DNA from: Chloroflexia bacterium
Lineage (GTDB): Bacteria; Chloroflexota; Chloroflexia; Thermomicrobiales; CADCWN01
Assembly: GCA_039810045.1 (NCBI GenBank)
Contig: JBDHWF010000003.1
Span: 1,834-65,833 of the forward strand
DNA length: 64,000 bases
Direction of reading: 5' to 3'
The position numbers were made by a program, and so were the translations under genes. Shown here piece after piece: positions 57,881 through 64,000 of this stretch (positions are counted from its first letter, which is position 1; each line of letters starts with the position of its first letter). Under the pieces are notes generated by a model. It ran no database searches and was not told where the DNA came from. It worked only from the letters and a program-made list of their open reading frames with translations.

Positions 57881-58897
57881 TTACTTGTGCACCTCAGGCC
57901 ACTCGCCGATAAATTCGACCTCAGTCTCCAACAGGATACCAGTCTGGGCGCGCACCGTCTGCTGAATATGCCGAATCACGGCCTGGACATCAGCCCCAGT
58001 GGCCTGCCCCACCTTGACATTGACCAGAAAGTTGGCATGAAGCGGCGAAACCTGCACGCCGCCAACTTGATAACCCTTCAGGCCCGCCTGCTCGATCAAG
58101 AGGCCAGCATAGGTGCCAGGTGGGTTCTTGAAGATTGAGCCGGCACAGGGCTGGCGCGGCTGATGTTTTTTGCGCCATTCGGCATGATCATCCGCCAGCG
58201 CCAGAAGTTGGTCACGATCCCCACGCGCCAAACGCAATTGCACCGCGACAATAATGGTTCCTGCTGGTCGTTCAGCAAGGTCGGGGGAGCGCAGAATCGT
58301 GTGCCGATAACGGGCGTGTAGCCACTCGCGTGGATGGGTCTGCACAGTGCCATCTGGCCCCATCACCGTTACTGCTTCCAGGATATCGATCATCTCTGTG
58401 CCATGTGCGCCAGCATTATTTGCCGTCGCCCCGCCAACGGTACCGGGCAACCCAACCGCCCAATCAAGGCCCGCCCAACCCTGTTCGCAGCACCAGCGCG
58501 CCACGCCCGAAAGCATCCGCTGGGCAGGTACCCGCAGCAGCACAGTCTCCCCTTCCTCAAGAATCTCGACTGGCACCCGCATCGCCCGAAACGCAATCGC
58601 CAATCCGCGCACACCACGATCAGCGCAGATCAGGTTGCTGCCACCACCAATGACCGTGACAGGCAGGTGGGCTTCGTTGGCCCAGGCCAGCGCCCGCGCT
58701 AACGCCGCCTCATCAGCGGGACGCGCAAGGTAATCAGCAGGGCCACCAATCCGAAAACTGGTATAGCGAGCGATCGGCTCGTCGCGCAAAATCTCCAGTT
58801 CATCAGGCGGATTGGCGTCGCTGATCGGCTCCCACGCCGGATCGAGGGTCGCCTCACTGCCAATCTGTCGATCCTGGTGATTAGCTCTGGAGGTCAT
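57881..58897 (-). CDS. murB: UDP-N-acetylenolpyruvoylglucosamine reductase
   Basis: The FAD-binding 'FRIGGPADY' and 'GGGSNL' motifs and the C-terminal 'AGSIFKNP' are present. The start ATG at 58897 overlaps the murC end by 17 nt. Confidence 0.9.
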   Translation of the reverse strand: MTSRANHQDRQIGSEATLDPAWEPISDANPPDELEILRDEPIARYTSFRIGGPADYLARPADEAALARALAWANEAHLPVTVIGGGSNLICADRGVRGLAIAFRAMRVPVEILEEGETVLLRVPAQRMLSGVARWCCEQGWAGLDWAVGLPGTVGGATANNAGAHGTEMIDILEAVTVMGPDGTVQTHPREWLHARYRHTILRSPDLAERPAGTIIVAVQLRLARGDRDQLLALADDHAEWRKKHQPRQPCAGSIFKNPPGTYAGLLIEQAGLKGYQVGGVQVSPLHANFLVNVKVGQATGADVQAVIRHIQQTVRAQTGILLETEVEFIGEWPEVHK

Positions 58898-60305
58898 CAA
58901 GCACCATCGCTCCCACTTCGGTGACATCGCCTGCCCCAAGGGTCAGCACGACGGTGCCTGCGAATAACTGTCCGGCACGGTGTTGCTCAATTAAGCGGGC
59001 AGCAGCCTCCGCCGGTCGAGCCGCCCGCAATACCGTCGCTGGCTCAGGCAATAAGGCCACCAGATCATCGGCACCGACGCCCAGCGTATCAGTTTCGCGG
59101 GCAGCGTAAATATCAAGCACCAGCACACGATCTGCCTCCGCCAGGGCCGCCGCAAACTCAGCCAGTAATAGCTTGGTACGCGAATAGGTGTGTGGCTGAA
59201 AGACCACCCAGATTGGCTGATTAGGAAATCGCTCGCGAGCTGCCCGAATATTGACCGCGACCTCGGTGGGGTGGTGGGCATAATCATCGATCACGGTGAT
59301 CCCCTGCACCTCACCTTTCCACTCAAACCGTCGCCCAATACCCGTGAATCCAGCCAGGGCCGCTGCCGCCGTTGTCGGCGCAATCCCCACTGCAGCAGCA
59401 ACGACCAACGCCCCCAGCGCATTCGTGCGGTTATGCTCACCAGCTACTTGCAGCTGCAGTGTCGCGACGATCTGGTCTTTCGTCACCACCGCATCACCAG
59501 CATTGGTTGGCACAATCCGCCAGGTGGCCCCCGCAGTGCGACCATACGTTTCCACCCGTACACCTGCGGCAAGCGTCAGCGCACGTGCTAACGCCACACA
59601 GCCCGGATCATCAGCAGATAACACAATCACGCCACCAGGGCGTACCTGTGCCAAAAACTCCTGATAGGCTGCAAACATCTCCTCGTAGGTTGGATAAATA
59701 TCTGGGTGGTCATGCTCCAGCGTAGTGACAATCGCCACCTGTGGAAAAAGTTGGAGGAACGAACGGTCGTATTCATCGGCCTCGACCACCACCAGATCGC
59801 CGCTGCCAGGGCGGGCATTCGTCCCGTATTCATGCAAGATCGCGCCAACAAAAAAGCTGGGGTCGCGTCCGGCCTCCATACAGATTTTCGCCAGCATTGC
59901 GCTCGTCGTCGACTTACCGTGGGTGCCAGCAACTGCCAACGCAGCGCGCGCATTGGCGATTAGCCCTAGTAATGCTGCACGCTTCACCGTTGGGATCCCC
60001 GCAGCATGGGCGGCGGCAAGTTCAGGATTCTCCTCGCGCACAGCGGCGGTATATACCACCAGATCTGCGCCCTGCACCGCCTCAGCCCGATGACCAACCG
60101 TCACGCCGATCCCTTCTGCGGCCAGCGTAGCCGTCAGCGGCGAAGCGTTGGCGTCGCTCCCTGTCACCCGATAGCCCCAATGCGCCAGCACGCGGGCCAG
60201 CGCACTCGTACCGATCCCGCCAATGCCAATAAAGTGGATGGCACTGCCACGCGGCGGCAAAGCCAGTGCTTCGCTTACATTATGCGGGTCACGCCCGACA
60301 GCCAT
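58881..60305 (-). CDS. murC: UDP-N-acetylmuramate--L-alanine ligase
   Basis: 'IHFIGIGGIGTSALA', 'AGTHGKSTT' and 'DDYAHHPTE' are present. Confidence 0.93.
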   Translation of the reverse strand: MAVGRDPHNVSEALALPPRGSAIHFIGIGGIGTSALARVLAHWGYRVTGSDANASPLTATLAAEGIGVTVGHRAEAVQGADLVVYTAAVREENPELAAAHAAGIPTVKRAALLGLIANARAALAVAGTHGKSTTSAMLAKICMEAGRDPSFFVGAILHEYGTNARPGSGDLVVVEADEYDRSFLQLFPQVAIVTTLEHDHPDIYPTYEEMFAAYQEFLAQVRPGGVIVLSADDPGCVALARALTLAAGVRVETYGRTAGATWRIVPTNAGDAVVTKDQIVATLQLQVAGEHNRTNALGALVVAAAVGIAPTTAAAALAGFTGIGRRFEWKGEVQGITVIDDYAHHPTEVAVNIRAARERFPNQPIWVVFQPHTYSRTKLLLAEFAAALAEADRVLVLDIYAARETDTLGVGADDLVALLPEPATVLRAARPAEAAARLIEQHRAGQLFAGTVVLTLGAGDVTEVGAMVLDDLQS

Positions 60306-60377
60306 TGGCTAGCTCCATCATGTATCAGATCACTGTAGTACGTTCCTGGTATTGGGCAGCGCCAAATATCAGCCGGA

Positions 60378-60995
60378 CTAGGTACTCTTTGATTTACCAC
60401 GCGCTCGCGAGATCAGGAAGAAGAACAGGATCACGACCATGATAATACTCAACCACCCCTGCCAGGAGTTGAGTAGCGCTGTCGAAGCAGACGTGCCTAG
60501 TACCACCTGCGCGCCATCAAACGAGGGGATCGTCAGGCGAATGCTGCCATCAGCAGTGCGATCAAAGAGAAAGTTATTGGCAAGCCAGCCAAGCGTCAAC
60601 AGGAGATTGAATGCACCAAGCAGCGCAGCCAGCATCGACCACAACCCTTTACTTTTCTCCCCTTTACCAAGCAATTGCCCGACAGAATAGGCCAGCGCAA
60701 CGAAGAGTAAGAAGGCAAAGAACTGCGCCACTGGCCTGGTATTATCCTCAAACTGAAAAGCGGGGCCGCTTGAATCCTGCCCTAATAGGGCCTGCCCAGC
60801 CCGCTGGAAAGCACTGATCAGTCGTTCCAGGGTCGGCAAGAGCATTGATTCAGGCTGAGAAATCACCAACAACATCAGCATCAGGATCGCCGCAGTCCAG
60901 GCTTCATTTTTCCACCCACGCTGCAACCCAATCCAGGCACCCAGAATCAGTAACGGAATCAACACAATCAGGGGGGGAACAGTCAATGTCGACAT
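60378..60995 (-). CDS. Hypothetical polytopic membrane protein in the dcw cluster
   Basis: 205 aa with about 5 TM helices. Its ATG lies 2 nt after the ftsW stop. No family is recognised with confidence (possibly CvpA-like). Confidence 0.6.
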   Translation of the reverse strand: MSTLTVPPLIVLIPLLILGAWIGLQRGWKNEAWTAAILMLMLLVISQPESMLLPTLERLISAFQRAGQALLGQDSSGPAFQFEDNTRPVAQFFAFLLFVALAYSVGQLLGKGEKSKGLWSMLAALLGAFNLLLTLGWLANNFLFDRTADGSIRLTIPSFDGAQVVLGTSASTALLNSWQGWLSIIMVVILFFFLISRARGKSKST

Positions 60996-60997
60996 GA

Positions 60998-62338
60998 TTA
61001 CCTCTCAGAATGAACAACAGGCGATCGTGGAGATACTGCGGACCGATGACGCGGTTTTGCTGTTGCCTGCTGCGGCGCATTTGATCTGCCCCGGCCCTTT
61101 GGCGGGGTGAGCGGGCGCTCATCAGTCTGGCGCGAGATATTAATCAGCACCCCGGTAATCCCCAGCACAACCATTAACGACGTACCACCGTATGAGATGA
61201 AGGGCAGTGGTACACCAGTAAACGGAATGGTCGTCGTAATCCCGCCAATATTGATCAAGGCCTGGAAGACAATCCAGGAGACAATGCCCGTTGCCAGCAA
61301 CGCGCCAAAGGGATCGGGAGCGCGAAAGGCCACCCGATAGCCGCGAATCGCCAGCATCAGAAAGAGAGCCAGCAGACAGGCACAGCCCAGCAAGCCGAGT
61401 TCTTCGCCAACGACAGCAAAGATCGCATCAGTGTGCGCGGCAGGCAGCCACCCATATTTCAGCCGACTTGCGCCCAGCCCTACGCCAAATAAACCGCCAG
61501 AACCGAACGAAAGTCGCGCCTGAATCAACTGCCAGCCACCAGCCACTGTCCAGAGATCTTCTTCTGGCTTCAGAAAAAGCATCAGGCGATCACGGCGATA
61601 GGACGCCGAAAATGCCAGCACGATAAAGGCGAGCGCACCACTCCCCAGAAAAAGTGCAAACTGTTTCAGGTTTGCGCCAGCAACCAGGAGCATCGTGATC
61701 CCGATAATCGCCAGCACCGACGACGTACCCAGATCTGGCTCCAACATCACCAGAAAGATCATTCCGCCCAGGATGACGGCGAACGGGAATAATCCCGTGC
61801 GCCAGTTCTGCAAACGTGGGCCACGCTTCGTCAACCAATCAGCGATATAGAGGATCAGGGCAGCCTTCGCCACCTCGCTTGGCTGGAATTGGGGCAATGG
61901 TCCCAGATTCAGCCAGCGACTGGCTCCGCCGCCTTCCACCCCAACGTGTGGCAGCAAGACCAAAATCAGCGTCAGAATCGAGCCAACCAGCACGGGAATC
62001 GACCACTGTCGCCAGAAGTGGTAATCGATCCGCGAAACGAAAAAGCAGGCGATACCCCCAACTGCCACCCAAGCCGCCTGACGCATCAAGTAGCTAAATG
62101 CGCCACCGCCATCGGGCAGATTGATCGCAAAGGTAGCGCTGAAAATGATCACCGTACCAAAAACGACCAGTGCCACCAGCGTCGTAATCAGCCAGTAATC
62201 AGGCGCATGATACTTGACCGCCCTGGCCCGCGCCTTACCAGCCTGTGCCAACTGCACCACTCGTGATTGCTGGGGAGACCGCGTAGCCACGGCACTTGGT
62301 TTGGGCTGTCGCCCCGTTTCCCGTACCCCGATAGCCAT
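60998..62338 (-). CDS. ftsW: SEDS-family peptidoglycan polymerase FtsW
   Basis: It has 10-TM SEDS features ('QPSEVAKAALILY', 'HTDAIFAVVGEELG', 'PFISYGGTS'). Its ATG overlaps the murD stop (ATGA-type coupling). Confidence 0.9.
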   Translation of the reverse strand: MAIGVRETGRQPKPSAVATRSPQQSRVVQLAQAGKARARAVKYHAPDYWLITTLVALVVFGTVIIFSATFAINLPDGGGAFSYLMRQAAWVAVGGIACFFVSRIDYHFWRQWSIPVLVGSILTLILVLLPHVGVEGGGASRWLNLGPLPQFQPSEVAKAALILYIADWLTKRGPRLQNWRTGLFPFAVILGGMIFLVMLEPDLGTSSVLAIIGITMLLVAGANLKQFALFLGSGALAFIVLAFSASYRRDRLMLFLKPEEDLWTVAGGWQLIQARLSFGSGGLFGVGLGASRLKYGWLPAAHTDAIFAVVGEELGLLGCACLLALFLMLAIRGYRVAFRAPDPFGALLATGIVSWIVFQALINIGGITTTIPFTGVPLPFISYGGTSLMVVLGITGVLINISRQTDERPLTPPKGRGRSNAPQQATAKPRHRSAVSPRSPVVHSER

Positions 62339-63753
62339 CAGCGATCCTTTTCTGCTGCCGCCAGTGTGGCGAATGCCGCGCGAAAGGCGTCGCCCCGATG
62401 AAACTCATTGCGGAACATACCGAAAGAGGCACAGGCAGGCGAGAGCAAGATCACATCCCCAGGCACCGCCAATTGCTGGGCCTGCGCTACCCCCTCATCC
62501 ATACTGTTGTACGGGCCAAAGAGGGCCGACGATGCCAGCCCGGCCTGTAGCAGGTTGTCGGTCAGGCGGGGGGTCGAATCACCGCGTAAGGTGACGACAG
62601 CCTTCACGCGTGGGGCAACCGTAGCGGCGAAATCGGCGAAATCGGTCTGTTTCTCCGAACCCCCAGCGATCAGGATCGTGGGACGGTTCATCGCGCTCAC
62701 GGCAGCAGCAGCAGCGGCAGGCGCGGTTGCGGTCGTGTCATTGATATAGGTGACACCACCGATCTTACCGAGTGGTTCCATGCGGTCTTTGACCCCCTGA
62801 AACCCAGCCAGACCAGCCTCGACAGCCGCAAATGACGCACCCAGCGCCAGCGCGGCCATTCCCGCTGCCAGGGCGTTGAGCGCATTGTGTACCCCCAAGA
62901 GGCGCAAGGTAGTGCGCGGGGTGCGATACTCCTGCCCGGCGAAAGACCAGCAGAGCGTATCGCCAGCCAGCCAGGCACTATCGCCACCCTGCGCGGTCGA
63001 GGCAAATGGCAAGATCTGCGCGGGCGTGGCGTTTCGAAAAGCCCACACGAGCGGATCATCGGCATTGAGGATCGCATAATCCTGCCCACCCTGCTCCTCA
63101 ACAATTCCACGCTTTGCCGCTGCGTAGGTCTCCATCGTGCTATAGCGATTAAGGTGGTCTGGGGAGAGGTTCGTCACTACTGCGATATGTGGACTGCGCC
63201 CGTAGGCAGCCAAGCCCTCGAGTTGCCAACTTGACAACTCGATCACCACTGGCGTTGTTGGCGTGATCTGTGGCAACTGTTCCAACGCCGAGACCCCCAT
63301 ATTGCCCGCAATGACGGTATCCGCCCGCCACGATGAGAGGATCGCCCCACAAAGACTGGCCGTGGTCGTCTTCCCTTTGGTGCCAGTAATCCCGATAATC
63401 GGGGCGGGGCAAAGCCGAAAGAACAGGCTCATCTCCATTTCGACTGGCACCCCGGCTGCCTGCGCCGCCGCCAACAATGGTGATTCACGCGGGACAGCGG
63501 GATTCCGCACCACCAGATCCGCAGTGGTAAAATCGCTTTCGCGGTGTTCACCCAGCACATACTGAATCGGCAGATCAGCGAGTTGCCGCATTGGTTCAGC
63601 CAGTTGCGCGGCGTCGCGCAGGTCAGTGACCGTCACCAACGCCCCTTGCTGCGCCAGAAAACGCGCCACACCCAAGCCGCCACCATGGACCCCCAGGCCC
63701 ATCACTAACGCTCGTTTGCCCGCAAATGCCGCTGTTTGACGCTGATCAGTCAT
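62338..63753 (-). CDS. murD: UDP-N-acetylmuramoylalanine--D-glutamate ligase
   Basis: 'ALVMGLGVHGGG' and 'GITGTKGKTTT' are present. The ATG at 63753 is preferred over the ORF-track start at 63837. Confidence 0.9.
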   Translation of the reverse strand: MTDQRQTAAFAGKRALVMGLGVHGGGLGVARFLAQQGALVTVTDLRDAAQLAEPMRQLADLPIQYVLGEHRESDFTTADLVVRNPAVPRESPLLAAAQAAGVPVEMEMSLFFRLCPAPIIGITGTKGKTTTASLCGAILSSWRADTVIAGNMGVSALEQLPQITPTTPVVIELSSWQLEGLAAYGRSPHIAVVTNLSPDHLNRYSTMETYAAAKRGIVEEQGGQDYAILNADDPLVWAFRNATPAQILPFASTAQGGDSAWLAGDTLCWSFAGQEYRTPRTTLRLLGVHNALNALAAGMAALALGASFAAVEAGLAGFQGVKDRMEPLGKIGGVTYINDTTATAPAAAAAAVSAMNRPTILIAGGSEKQTDFADFAATVAPRVKAVVTLRGDSTPRLTDNLLQAGLASSALFGPYNSMDEGVAQAQQLAVPGDVILLSPACASFGMFRNEFHRGDAFRAAFATLAAAEKDR

Positions 63754-63882
63754 TTCTTGCCTTCTTGTCACAGCACCAACAGTGATCATGGCCGCAATGT
63801 ACGTACAGATTGTAGCCCGATAACCCAGGCTGTGCAACCTGGAATAGCTGAGCGCAGTGCTGTCAGGAAAGAGGATGAGTAC

Positions 63883-64000
63883 TTAGAGCAGGGCGAGGGC
63901 AACCCCAAACAGGCCGGCCATCATGCCAACCAACCAGAAGCGCATCGTCACCTGCGTTTCTGACCAGCCAATGATCTCGAAGTGGTGGTGGAGTGGAGTC
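63883..64000 (-). CDS. mraY: Phospho-N-acetylmuramoyl-pentapeptide transferase, 3' end only (continues beyond window)
   Basis: The minus-strand translation ...[38 protein letters not shown] is the conserved MraY C-terminus (PxHHHFE..GW.E). Confidence 0.85.
   Translation of the reverse strand, partial: TPLHHHFEIIGWSETQVTMRFWLVGMMAGLFGVALALL

Noticed and set aside
1-64000. Looked for CRISPR arrays, rRNA/tRNA genes, IS elements with terminal inverted repeats and long tandem repeats
   Set aside because: None was seen by eye. The only RNA gene I can support is the tmRNA. A computational repeat and tRNA scan would be needed to be sure.

Overview
This 64-kb window is a moderately GC-rich bacterial chromosome segment. 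Its protein style (Pro/Thr/Ala-rich linkers, many FHA and Ser/Thr-kinase proteins, an LCP enzyme, M42 peptidases) looks Chloroflexota-like; that taxonomic call is inference only. I call about 55 genes. In order they are: a translationally coupled carotenoid operon (crtB, two small lycopene-cyclase-domain subunits, a UbiA prenyltransferase, crtI); housekeeping and stress genes (two M42 peptidases, GNATs, a Zn-ADH, an ECF sigma/anti-sigma pair, prfB with its programmed +1 frameshift, rex, an atypical thioredoxin with a divergent MerR regulator, acs, thiolase, dedA, thrC, ctaB, a CopC-CopD fusion); smpB and the tmRNA gene; an accessory-looking segment directly after the tmRNA gene; a long FHA / PP2C / S8 protease / FHA-ABC / Ser-Thr kinase / LCP signalling cluster; glycosyltransferases and trxA; and on the minus strand a dcw division cluster (mraY' murD ftsW X murC murB ddl ftsQ ftsA ftsZ) with no murG in its usual slot. 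The most interesting locus is 26.0-30.6 kb. It holds a 66-aa peptide ending in ...NFYWWL, a polyprenyl-synthetase-fold enzyme with degenerate Asp-rich motifs, and an overlapping 1125-aa polytopic receptor carrying GAF, HD-GYP, GAF and GGDEF domains. I read this as a ComX/ComQ/ComP-like prenylated-peptide pheromone cassette whose output is c-di-GMP turnover rather than a histidine kinase. All calls rest on reading the translated ORFs, motif recognition and manual inspection of the DNA. No database search was run.
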